DNA of 64,000 nt. Origin: Azolla caroliniana (Eukaryota; Plantae; Polypodiophyta). Position 1 is the first letter of the stretch. The number at the start of each line of letters is the position of its first letter. Shown in pieces: positions 35,390-46,922 of the stretch. The stretch covers positions 3,162,001-3,226,000 of the forward strand of contig JBHGNT010000006.1 in NCBI GenBank assembly GCA_043228905.1. The letters run 5' to 3'. The position numbers and the translations under genes are program-made. Under the pieces are notes generated by a model, which was not told the origin of the DNA, did no database searches, and saw nothing but the letters and a program-made list of their open reading frames with translations.

Positions 35390-35864
35390 TTGCTCAAATG
35401 GAACTGAAGACTTCTCTTCAAAGGAAGAAAGTGATATAATCATGAAGTCTACAGATCAAAATATTGGTCTTGTCATTCATCTCAAATGTCATGTTGCAAT
35501 ATTTGCATATCCTGACATGTTTGTATACCTTCTTCACAAGCAAAAAGATGAAGGGACATAATCAGAAACTCAAAAAGAAATATGTTTTAATTACCTTTCA
35601 TATCATAGAGACAAAAGAATACACATTGTAGAGCTACTTTCTCACCTGCTCAATTTCCAATTCCAGATTCACATCAGCAATTTGTACAAGCCACGATTGC
35701 ATTGATATCGTCAACACATCCATGGTGCAGATGATCAGTTGTGGTAGTTTATTGTTATATTAAATAATGACCTTGAATTTGGACTGCATGTTTGCATGAT
35801 TTGGAATCCACTTCAATAGTCGGCTGTGCTTGAAGAAGTTGGTGTACAACTTTCAATTTACAAG
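35390..35864 (-). pseudogene. Decayed DYW domain remnant downstream of PPR4
   Basis: One frame gives QAQPTIEVDSK (IEV starts 35817), GCVDDI (from 35721) and AGEKVAL (E at 35643, exactly 26 codons after G as in GYVPDT...HSE). Then KHVRICKYCN (35493-35522), four single-nt changes from KNLRICxDCH. Confidence 0.68.
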
Positions 35865-38510
35865 CTAAGTAGCAACACCTGAATATATATGAGACATAAG
35901 CACGTAAGATGCAGCATGTTGTTTCCCAATCGACACTGCATTCTTAAATACCTCTTTTCCAAGTTCCACATTTCCACATTTTCTACAAGAACCTAGAACA
36001 GTATGCCAAACATCAAGATCAGGGTTGAATGGCAACCTCTTGACCATTGCTAATGCCATGTCAATTTGACCTACACGAGCAAAAAGATCCACAATGCAGG
36101 CATGGTGTTCCACAGTAGGAATAATTCCATAGTCTCTACTCATAGCTTCAAGATACATCAAACTACTATTAAATAACCCTATACGACTACATGCATTAAG
36201 AATAATGACAAAGGTGATATGGTTGGGCTTTATAGATTTTTTGAGCATACTGTGAAAGACATTTAAAACATTTTCACTGTCTCCAAGCTGGGCATACCCT
36301 GCCATTAATGAATTCCACAAGGTTGTGTCCTGTACTGGACGCTTATCAAACACTTCTTGTGCTAAGTCAAGTGAACCACATTTACAATACATGTCAACCA
36401 AAGCAATGCCAGCAGCTGGATCATTTTCCAATAACCCATTTCTTTCCAATTGAGCATGTATTTCTCGACCCTTATCTATGGCTCCAGCATAACCACAAGC
36501 TTTCAGGATGCAAAGATATGTCACATCATCTGGAGACAATCCCTCTAGGGACATATGTGCAAGGCAATCAAGTGCTGCTTCTCCATGACCTTGCTCTGCA
36601 TAGCCTGAAATTAGTGCGGTCCATGAAAAAACATTCTGAACCGCCAGCTTATCAAACACTTTGCGTGCCTTTTTAAGAAAACCACATTTGGCATACATGC
36701 TGATCAATGCGCAGCCAACAGCAGGATCTTCCAACAGCCCTCTTTTTTCAATTTCCAAATGGAGGTTTTCCCCCTTCTCTATTGCTCCAATACAGCTACA
36801 AGCTTTCAAACATGAGACAAAAGCAATAGCATCTGGATGAACTCCCTCTAGCAACATTTCATTAAAACAGCTGATTGCTTCCTCACTTGGCCCATGCTCA
36901 ATATAGCCATTAAAAAGAGAAGTCCAAGAGACAACAGTTCTGATTGGAAGCTTGTCAAAAACTTCTTGCGCTTTAACAAGAGATCCAGATTTCACATACA
37001 AATCAACCAAGCTATTTCCTACCATGATATCTCTTTCCAACAAACCTTTTACAACAATCTCAGTATGTATTTTTCCACTTGTCTCTATGGCTCCAACATT
37101 GCCACAAGCTTTCAAGCTGCAAGTGAATGTAATTGCACTTGGCGAAATTCCTTCAACTTGCATCTGTTCAAAACACTGCAATACTTTCTCGTTATACCCA
37201 TGATTCGCATATCCTGTAACCAAAGAATTCCAGGAAACAATGTCTCGACCTGGAAGCTTCTCAAATGCACCTTGTGCCAGGTCAAGGAAACCACATTTAG
37301 CATACATTACAATTAGCATATTGCCAACAGAAAGTTCTCTTCCAAATAAACTTTGGATCTCAATCTTTGCATGTATTTGTTGGCCTTTTTCTACAGATCC
37401 TATAGTACCACATGCTTTCAAGATGCAAACAAGAGTAATATCATCTATTGGTATACCTTCAAGTTGCATCTGTTCAAAACATTTAAGTGCTTCATCACCA
37501 CGCCTATGCTCAGCAAGCCCCGAAATTAGCATAGTCCATGATACAGAATCCCGAACACTAAGCTTGTCAAAAGTTATTTGTGCTTTGGTAAGAAAGCCAC
37601 ATTTACAATACATATCAACCAATGCACTACCGACAATCAAATCTGTTTCTAGCATATGATTGGTTTCAATTTCAGCATGTATTGCTTGGCCCATGCCGAC
37701 ATCACCTCTATTGCCACAAATCCTTAGAACACAAGAAAATGTTATAGGATCTGGAGAGACACCTTCAAGTTGCATTTGCTCGAAGCAGTCTATGACATCT
37801 TGATCACAGCCATATCTTGCATATGCTGTAATGAGTGCATTCCAAGAGACAACATTTCTAACCGGAATCTTTACGAAAACTTCTCGTGCCTTAACAAGTG
37901 AACCAAAATTAGCGTACATATCAAGTAACGCGGTACCAACATAAAGGTCCTCTTGGAGCGATTTATTTCTAGCAATATCAGCATGAATTCTTGGTCCCTT
38001 TTCGATGTCTTTCACCTCTCTACAAGACTTGAGCAAAGCGACAACAGCATGTCCAGAGAGAAGAACAATATCTTCATTTTGTAATCTCTGGTAGAGGTTT
38101 AAGGCATATATGGGCTTTCCACATCTCACACAACCAGTGATGAGAGTATTCCAAGATAATTCATTAGGATGCAACAATGCATCAAAGGCCTTGTAAGCTT
38201 CATCAATACATCCAACATCCACAAACATAGAGATAAGGCAATTACATAAAGACGTATGAGCTTCCAAGTCATTTCTATACACATAGGAATGAAGACGGAG
38301 TACCTGATTGCGATCATTCCTTCTTCTAGATCTATGCAATATGCTTAATATGTCTCCAATGGAAGGTTGAGGATGTGTACCTTTCTCGAGAAGTGGCAAT
38401 GCTTGATCGAGGGTGAGAATCTTCCAGAAGCTATGGAAACCATGTGCCTGCGCCACTTCGCTCAGGAATGCTGATGCAGGAAGCCCTGCGGTAGATTGCC
38501 ATGTCTGCAT
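35865..38510 (-). CDS. PLS-class pentatricopeptide repeat protein, E-type (881 aa)
   Basis: P-L-S triplets, then HHACIVDLFARVG, WHTVLGSC and AASYVLMSHIYSG. Confidence 0.94.
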   Translation of the reverse strand: MQTWQSTAGLPASAFLSEVAQAHGFHSFWKILTLDQALPLLEKGTHPQPSIGDILSILHRSRRRNDRNQVLRLHSYVYRNDLEAHTSLCNCLISMFVDVGCIDEAYKAFDALLHPNELSWNTLITGCVRCGKPIYALNLYQRLQNEDIVLLSGHAVVALLKSCREVKDIEKGPRIHADIARNKSLQEDLYVGTALLDMYANFGSLVKAREVFVKIPVRNVVSWNALITAYARYGCDQDVIDCFEQMQLEGVSPDPITFSCVLRICGNRGDVGMGQAIHAEIETNHMLETDLIVGSALVDMYCKCGFLTKAQITFDKLSVRDSVSWTMLISGLAEHRRGDEALKCFEQMQLEGIPIDDITLVCILKACGTIGSVEKGQQIHAKIEIQSLFGRELSVGNMLIVMYAKCGFLDLAQGAFEKLPGRDIVSWNSLVTGYANHGYNEKVLQCFEQMQVEGISPSAITFTCSLKACGNVGAIETSGKIHTEIVVKGLLERDIMVGNSLVDLYVKSGSLVKAQEVFDKLPIRTVVSWTSLFNGYIEHGPSEEAISCFNEMLLEGVHPDAIAFVSCLKACSCIGAIEKGENLHLEIEKRGLLEDPAVGCALISMYAKCGFLKKARKVFDKLAVQNVFSWTALISGYAEQGHGEAALDCLAHMSLEGLSPDDVTYLCILKACGYAGAIDKGREIHAQLERNGLLENDPAAGIALVDMYCKCGSLDLAQEVFDKRPVQDTTLWNSLMAGYAQLGDSENVLNVFHSMLKKSIKPNHITFVIILNACSRIGLFNSSLMYLEAMSRDYGIIPTVEHHACIVDLFARVGQIDMALAMVKRLPFNPDLDVWHTVLGSCRKCGNVELGKEVFKNAVSIGKQHAASYVLMSHIYSGVAT

Positions 38511-38527
38511 CCCATCAGCATTACCAC

Positions 38528-38560
<33 letters not shown>

Positions 38561-40164
38561 AACCCTGCTGAATATGTATATACATACACTACTAGTGACA
38601 CACTTGTATATATATTTCCTATGTACATATTTCTGTATTGTATACACTGTACACATACATATATACATATAACGCTAGATATTATGTTATGTATAGAAGA
38701 AGTATATATACAGTACAAAAGACACACTTGTATATATATTTTCTATATACATAGATAGATAGATGCAAGTGTCAAGATATCATCCATTATATGCCATTCA
38801 ATATTTAGCTCGCCCTTTTAAATATCGCTTCAGAGCCCTCATCATCGTCACGGTATAGTCGTTGAGTGTCACTAACATTTCCCTCTGGCATATCCATCAA
38901 GTTGTCGGGGGTGCTACCATGCTCTCATAAAAAAATTTATTGTTGTTAGTTGGACTAGCTTGTTGTTCACATTGAGCTTGTTGACATGTCAATAGGCCCT
39001 CCCTGAATGTGGTATGGTGTTCGTTTGGAGACAACAATGTATCAACTTGTCCAAAACATACCATCCAACATTCATTTCGAGTCATTGCTGACATGTCACC
39101 TCCCATTGACACGTGATTATAGTGAATGAGATGCCAATCCCCTTCCTCTGTTGGTTCCACTTGGTAGCCTGCCATCCATTCTTTGTAGCATGAAAGATAT
39201 TGTTGCCATCCAATGTTTAACAAACTCCATTATTTAAGTTCACCTTCTCTACAAATATTTCAAATAATCTAATCGTGTTAATTAAACCCCTCAATTAATT
39301 ATTCCAAGTTTTCAATTTCAACAGTTTGCCTACAAGCTTAACTGCATTATAACTTCTTTGTCCAAATCATTGTAAGTGTATTTTCCTTGCAATGTAAAAC
39401 ATGAAGTTGTAAAGCCAATGTTTAGAAGGAATTTGTTAGTCTACACGAATTGAAACTAAAAACTCTAAATGAAAAACTAGAACCTAGAATGTCACATCAA
39501 TTGTGAAACCCATTGATCAAGACATGAAACCCCAAGCATTAAAAAGCACATTTATTTGATTAAATTTAAGAATATGCAAGCTCATGAGTCTATAAGGAAT
39601 AAGACATTTACGTAGACTCATCTTACTATGTGTATGGATGGACATGTGAGAATATTACAGAAAAAAGAGTGGCATGTTTCAGATTGCCACATGAAATGCA
39701 CGATGATTATATAATATGTATACTCCCTACCTCTTATGCCTCCCAACCTCCACCATGTTACCCATGCTGAATTTTTTTTTGTTAGCCCGCATTGTCCTTG
39801 ATGAAATGATCTACTTATGTGTTAGCCCTCTTTGTCACCCATGTTATATTTCCAAACCTTACTCGCCAACATTGATAACCAATGAGAAATTTCTCTTTGA
39901 GGTGTCATCCAACCTTCTCCATGTTATCTACTTGAATTTATATATTTTGTGAAGACCGCATTATGCTCCAATTTATTTAGTATCGCCTTATCTCTCTTCG
40001 TGCCCTATTGTGCTCCAAAACATTGTTCATCAAGATCCATGACCAATAAGAAATATGTCTTTGGTGATAACACGATAGAAAAAATCAACATAATTTTCTC
40101 CCATTAGTATCTTATAATCTTTTATCATGTACATCTCGCACTAGAATTGAACACCAATTGCTAG

Positions 40165-40507
40165 CATTGTGTAATTTCACACTGCAACCTGAATCTTGGT
40201 GAATGTGGCTCTAGAGAAAAAATTTCTTTAGCACTTGATCAAATGTTTTTTTATGCATGAAATGCTACAAATTTGTGAAAAAACACGACAAATTTAAAGG
40301 ATTTAGTACAAAAATGATGTATTTATGGTACTCGCTCAAAAATCTCTACTTTCATAAACTAGAAAGTGAAGGCATGGTTTTCTTCAACGTGACACATGCA
40401 ACTTCATCGTTGGAATAAATGTTTGCACATAGAAGTTCTACTAACAAATATGTAACTATTATTTTATTTTATCCAAAAAAAATATGTAACAATTCATTCC
40501 ATAGCTT
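40165..40507. repeat. Dispersed ~300-bp repeat, copy A
   Basis: Colinear with 49238-49521 (shared TTTTTTATGCATGAAATGCTACAAATTTG, GAAGGCATG, ATTCCATAGC). Confidence 0.8.
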
Positions 40508-42051
40508 GCGGCTTCTTGTGTGATTTAAGGTCGTGATTACCTCTATATTACAAATATTAAATTTCGTAATAGAAAATTTCTACATGGCTTCTTTCATCTA
40601 GAACCTTCTTTTAGAGTAGGGTTTCTTATGTGAGATGGAATTTAGGGTGTTTGAGAAGGATCTAAGTTTCTATGACTAAAAAGAAGCGATTGAAATGAAT
40701 AGTAGTGAAAAGCCAAAATGGAGTAATCTTAAGGATCAAACTTTGAACACTCATGGAAGGAATGTGTGAAGGCATCAAATTTATGTTTATGGAAATTTTG
40801 ATATAACCTTGATATTCTTGGACTATGATGATCTATATAAATCATCATGTGCTCTTGGATGTCCTACAGAACCTATGAAAAATAGAAACGACCCAAGAGG
40901 TGGATCACATGGCGAACTAGCGAGGAATAGAGGAGGGTGAACAACCATCACCAACACAATTTATTATGTATAGTCGGTGTGTAATTCAATAGTATACCTC
41001 CTCACCTAAACAATGGTAGAACACATGTGGCTCGTGCAAATTTTTACTTTCTCAATGTCATCCCTAACTTATGCGGACAATGCGAATGCATGTATTTAGG
41101 AGAGAGGGGGATAATGGTGGTCTATGTAGACTAGAGAGTATATACATATATATATTATGCGTGTGTTTGTGTGTTGTGTGTGCGCGCATTGGGGAAATGA
41201 TGGGCGGGTTTGAAAGAGAGCAAAAGTGACTGGCTAAGGTTTTGATGGGCGAGCGAATATATCGATTCAAATGTGAGTGTGGAGAAAGGTGACATAGGTA
41301 CATAACAACAACCAGCACATGCATCGATTGACATGCCTAGAGACCATAAGAATATGAAGAACAAGTCACATAAAATTGGCTAATCGCTAATTTCTGAAAA
41401 CCGGAAGGCTGGAGATCGAAGACCGAAGTTGGAAACGGGGATGTTCCGAATGTAGTTGCGATACATGGAATAGTGATTGGAATGAAAATGGAACAAATAC
41501 AAGATTACAGTTCCCAATAGATGGATGGAAGCATGGATGGATGTATCGGAATAGTACGTAATATACTCGAATGCACCGGCAAACATTCCCTTTCATACGA
41601 ATTCAAACGAATGCGTATGTTATCAAAACATTCGTATGGTTATTATTATTATTACATTTTTTACCTTAACTTTCTTACCTTTAAAAAACAAATTACCTTA
41701 TAATAAATATGTAATGAATACAAAAGTATGGTATTTACGATACGTAGAGGGTGTTTACCATACTCGAATGATTTCAACATTCGCGAATACGTATGGTTAT
41801 GTATGGTTCATACTATGGATGTATGCATGCATGGATGGGGCAGGGGAGAAGCCTGTCTTTCTGCATGCATTTCATGGCAAGCTCCAAACAGGCAGAAGCT
41901 TCCGCTTCCTCCTCCTCCCATCACCACCACACGCCTCTACTATTTCATCCTCAGACACAGACACAGACACAGACACAGACACAGAACAGGCAGGAATCCT
42001 CACAGACATCGACAGAATTCATCGAAGGAGATCGATGATAGTAAAGACGCC

Positions 42052-43983
42052 ATGGCCGCCCCCATGTACCTTCTTTCTGCGCCGCGATCTGTCATCTCAC
42101 ACCCTTGCATGCCTATGTCTGGCCTCGATCATTATGCCTCTGCCCCGAAATCTAGCTCTTGTCCTGCCTTCAGTACCACCAATCCAGTGGCTATGGCGAT
42201 GTATTCTTCTCCTTCCTCCTCTTCCTCCTCCTCGTCTAGTTTCATCAATAAACTTCCTGCAGAATTATCTTCTGCTACTTCCAATGGAAGCCGAGTCTAC
42301 TGCAACATGCAGGTCAGACACCATATTTCTGATCGTGATGAGGTTAATACGTTTTAGAGGGAAAAAAAAACTCTTTTTGAAACTTTCGTTGATTCTCTGT
42401 AGCAAGCTTGAATCGTATGGTTTTCTGCATGCTTATAAATCTTAAAATCAACTCGATTAATTTCTTAAAACTGTCATTAATCTGCTTCAATGATTTTGCA
42501 ATCATGTAAATTCATGGCCATTCAAGCCACTTCCTTTTCTTTACATCTTCACATATCATCAAACTGTTTGTAATCTTATATCAATCTATGTTTTCTTTTA
42601 ATCTTCAACCTCAATCAGTCTCTAGCTCTTGGTTTAATTTCCATTAACCGCTGGCCTGTTAATCTGGTTAAACCCATCGTTAGATTTCGCGTGTCCCATT
42701 TTTGTGACCTTTATTAAAATCATTTTTTCTGACCAGTCTATATTTGCTCTAAATTCCTTTGAAAATCTGAGTAGACCTTGCATGTCCATTTTATGACCTT
42801 GTTAAAATCGCTTCAACCTTAACGAACCTCTTGATTTCCATGAAATCTGACCTTATTCATTAAATGTTTGGTGTTAGATTTTGCCTGTTCATTTTTGTAA
42901 CCTTATCAAAAAGTTACCATCTTTCCAATGAGGTTGAGCAGCCTGTTACCTGTTCCTGTTCCAAGTTCCATCAAATATGATGAAAACCTTGGGGATCTAC
43001 ATACAACAATATGTCATTAATTCATCGACATGCATGTTTTGTATGGATCAAGGTTAATCAAGTTGGTAATGATCTAAAATGTTACCAATGAATATGGAGC
43101 AAGGTTAATCAAGTTTGTAATGATCTAAAATGCTACCTATGAATATCTCTACTCTCAACAACTCAAAGCTAAATGATCTTCCAACGTCATTAATTGCTCT
43201 AGCTATACTGCAAACTAGCAATACATGCATGCATCCATGTATGTATGTACAAATGCAAATAAAATGTGAGTTTGATTACATTTTATTTGCATTTGTGTGT
43301 TTCCTCTTCATGACAAACGTGTGCTTTATATATATTAATTTGTGGTTTTTGCATGATGTTGGCATCTAGGTGGTGAACCCTTGTACGAACAGGAGGTTCG
43401 AGACATTGTCGTATGTGCCTGCGTTGAGTGACGAGCAAATCGCAAAGCAAGTCGACTACATCATCTTGAAGGGATGGGTCCCTTGCCTCGAATTTGACCA
43501 CGTAATTCATCAATTTTACCTTAACATCTCAAAACTAATATAACTTATTTTATCAATCAAGATTCTTGAAAAGGAAATTTTACAAGATTACCTATATTTC
43601 TTTATATAGGAAAGTGTACCACATGGGGGTATTTAGTTGTTTTTTAGAACTTAAGGCATTATGGTAAATATATCAAAAGTTCGTTTATTTATTTATTTAC
43701 ATTTACTTAATGTTGGGATGACCAATTCAATCTCTATATCTCTCTCTTTTAGGAAGCTACCTTATCTCGAGAGAACTCTAGGGGATGTGGCTATTATGAT
43801 GGACGCTATTGGACCTTGTGGAAACTTCCTATGTTTGGATGCATGGATGCTGGAGCTGTTCTTAGGGAAATCGACGAGTGTAAGAAAACCTACCCGAACG
43901 CATACATTCGTCTCATGGCATTTGATAACAAGCGGCAAACACAAGTTGTGGCCGTGGTGGTGCACAAACCCAACTCTTCATAG
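42052..43983 (+). CDS. RBCS: Rubisco small subunit precursor, divergent (207 aa; ~85 aa transit peptide)
   Basis: Exons 42052-42312, 43370-43501 and 43753-43983, with introns at the usual rbcS positions. Motifs [45 protein letters not shown] and AFDN. Confidence 0.95.
43042..43145. repeat. 51-bp tandem duplication in rbcS intron 1
   Basis: CAAGGTTAATCAAGTT.GTAATGATCTAAAATG occurs twice. Confidence 0.9.
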
Positions 43984-44964
43984 ATGGTGCTTTCTTCTCT
44001 AGTTACAAAATGATCTCCATTAAATCCAACCTACATAAATTTTAATGGATACTTTAAAGCCATATTGTTAATGCTCTATTGAGTTTCACATAATAGAATG
44101 GCACGACTCATTTCTCAAAGTATGATGTAAGAACCCTATTTTCACAAGATAACAAAGAACTTGTTATGATCCTTTCCTTCATTATGGAATCCCAAATGGT
44201 TTTGTGTGGTTTATAAAAGGTTTGTTTCACGGATATTTTTTATATACGCATGTCCACACAAGCTCGTAACAAAATGATTAAAGTTTGTTAGTACCAACAT
44301 AAACTATGCATTTCCGTTAAAGGAATAACAAGCACGTCAACCAAGAAAGTGAGCAAGCAATATCATCATGACATGTAGATTTTTTTCTTCTTACTTGATA
44401 TAGCAATCAATAATGGCTTCTAAACGTTAGCAAAGCCCCATTGCTAGAACATGAATAGGGACTTTTTGTCTGCCTCTATAAAAAACAATCATCTCCATTC
44501 TCCACATTAAAGATACTCCTCCAATGCAAGGGCCATGCAAGCAAGAACCAATTTTCTCGTATGGAGGTTGAGAACAATGGGAAAGCTTGAGATTTTGATC
44601 ATATTGATGGTATCGTTTAATTGCAAATTAACAGCCTCCATATGAGCTCCCCTTTAATTCTTTTGTTTCTCCTCCTGATATCACTTCCATTTTAGCCACA
44701 TTTACAGAAAAATAGATCAAGTTCAATATGAAAACATTTGAGAGAATCTAATTGCCTTCATAGTCGACTCCCTCCAAAGAGTAAACAATAGGCATATACC
44801 AATATGTAAGTCTCATTTGGGTACAACCAAAACTGTCCACTTCCATTAACCACCAGGAAGCACATATAATTAATTGCACTATCAAGAATTAAAAGCAACC
44901 AAAACAATCAAGTAATATTCATGAAAGCATGTATACTATCAGGCCATAAATAGTGATGAATGAA

Positions 44965-45776
44965 CTATCTCTTTTTGATACCACTCATATTGATCGAACC
45001 ATGGCTTTTAGGCTCTGGAATCTATTCTTAATTCTGCAAAGATCACACCTTGTACCTACCATGGCTTTAAGCTCTGGAATCTACTCTTAATTCTGCAAAG
45101 ATCATACCTTGTACCTACCATGGCTTTTAAGCTCTGGAATCTACTCTTAATTCTGCAAAGATCAGACCTTGTACCTCCATACCATGTTGGGAAATGAAAG
45201 GAGACTCTGCGCCACTCGGATTTCCAATACATAGCCCCTTTGCTAGAAACATATATTACATACTTAATCTCAAGCTCTTTGCTGACACGGGGCTCTCTTT
45301 AAGCTCTGCAATCTACTCTGAAGGATGCAACGATTACAACTTGCTGCCTGCATCTGCATTACCATGTTCACAAATGAGAGGAGACTCCGCATCACTCAGT
45401 TTTTCGGTACTGCAGTGGAAGAGTAGCATCAACTCTATACTATCTTCTCTGTAACCTGAAACAATCTTCATGGATGCTTTGCATCTTACTTCCCTGCAAA
45501 CCTCTTCCCCAACCTCAGTTTGTTCCAGAAATCTTGAAGTACTCATGCTATGCTAAGAGCTCGTGTTGTTGGTAGTGGAATGGCCAGTGCAAACACACTC
45601 TACTGATTGAACTCTGTAGAATGGTGGCATCCGACAACTTAGACAAATAGCCTATAATTGCATCATCATGTCACAGAAATATTCACATGCATGAACAGGA
45701 GATGAAAAATAGCCAAAGTGCCCCCAGCTTATTGGGTAATCACCAGAGCATCATTAAATTTCAAAATTTAGAAAAG
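44965..45776 (-). pseudogene. Duplicated 3' fragment (last exon plus part of last intron) of the BPP-like gene
   Basis: EVGEEVCREVRCKAS...YREDSIELM matches the 52181-52600 ORF. In-frame TAG where the parent has GAG (SS*HS vs SSEHS). Intron sequence is also shared. Confidence 0.85.
44998..45176. repeat. Three tandem 59-60 bp units
   Basis: ACCATGGCTTTTAAGCTCTGGAATCTACTCTTAATTCTGCAAAGATCAxACCTTGTACCT at 44998, 45058 and 45117. Confidence 0.95.
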
Positions 45777-46559
45777 CACATTGTGTTCTGAAACTAAAAC
45801 TGTTGGTGCACATCAATGATCCAGACATGAACCCAGAAACATTATGAAGCGCATTTATGTTTTTAAATTTTAAATTTTGTAACCTTGTGAATCTATAAGA
45901 AACAGGACATTTGTGACCTGTATGCAATATGTTTTGACATACATATTAGTATTTAAAGACTGATCTACCTGATCTACATGCAATTTATAAATGTGCAAAG
46001 GTTTCAAGTTTTCAAATGAACTTCATTTTTTATAAGAATGGCATCAGAACGGCATCAGAATGGGTATTGCATATTAGATGCAGCATCGGAAAAAATAATT
46101 TCACAATAGCCTCACCAAACATTCATGATCTAGATTCTTACAATGCATAAAGAATCAAATATGCAATGAAGACTATTCTTACAATTATTTACCTTCATCT
46201 CATTGCCATCTCTCAAATTTAAAACACCCTTAGAGCTTACATATAAAATACATATTCTAAACAAGTCATTGACATTTACAACATGTAATCTATCCTCCAA
46301 CATTGCCTTTATCAAGTCGGGACATGAGGATGAGCACCTAATTCTATCATTTACATCTGTGTCTCTGAATGATGACAAGTGTATATTAGTATTGATTGTA
46401 GTAATAACAAACAAATGTTTTTTACTTCATCATCCCTCTATTTAGACTTCCTCTCTACATGATTTAACTCAATAACCTGTTAGACCAGATTCAAAAATCT
46501 TCATTTTCCTCTACTAGAGGTTAGGACCATAAGAATAATCCTAGTGTTTACAGAAGAAT

Positions 46560-46922
46560 TGGCTTAGGAGGCAATGCTTTAGCAAGATTAATTGGTTGGT
46601 TACGAGTTCAAATTCCACTGAACATAAATTTGGTCCAGAAATGTTTTGGTCTTTACCAAATACCCTTGGGAAAACCTAAGATTCCACAGCTACTCTTTTG
46701 CACCAACCTCATTAACACTTAGCCAACATCCAAACTTCAGCTATGGGACACTACATAAGGTCAAGTTTTTGTTAACCCTTGTGACTCAAAGCTAAATGTG
46801 GGCATCTTTATGAAATTCTGATTCCCCTTGGAGCACTAAGATTTGCGTAGACATCAATCTTTCATAACATTTGGCCTTTCCAATCTTTTTGTGCATGTGT
46901 GTCACCACAATGAAAGCATATT
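46560..46922 (-). pseudogene. Possible decayed E+/DYW remnant downstream of PPR5
   Basis: GDTHAQ (46889-46906), YERL, HS*SLDVG*VLM (46710-46745, ~HSEKLAVAYGLM) and NLR (46675-46683). A gag zinc-knuckle reading is also possible. Confidence 0.4.

Noticed and set aside
41636-42445. 269-aa ORF and an in-frame N-terminal extension of RbcS from 41728
   Set aside because: Low-complexity and spans a (CACAGA)n repeat. The ATG at 42052 (GCCATGG) gives a normal transit-peptide start.
44998-45176. CRISPR-like array
   Set aside because: No unique spacers, eukaryotic context, and the unit derives from the BPP last exon.
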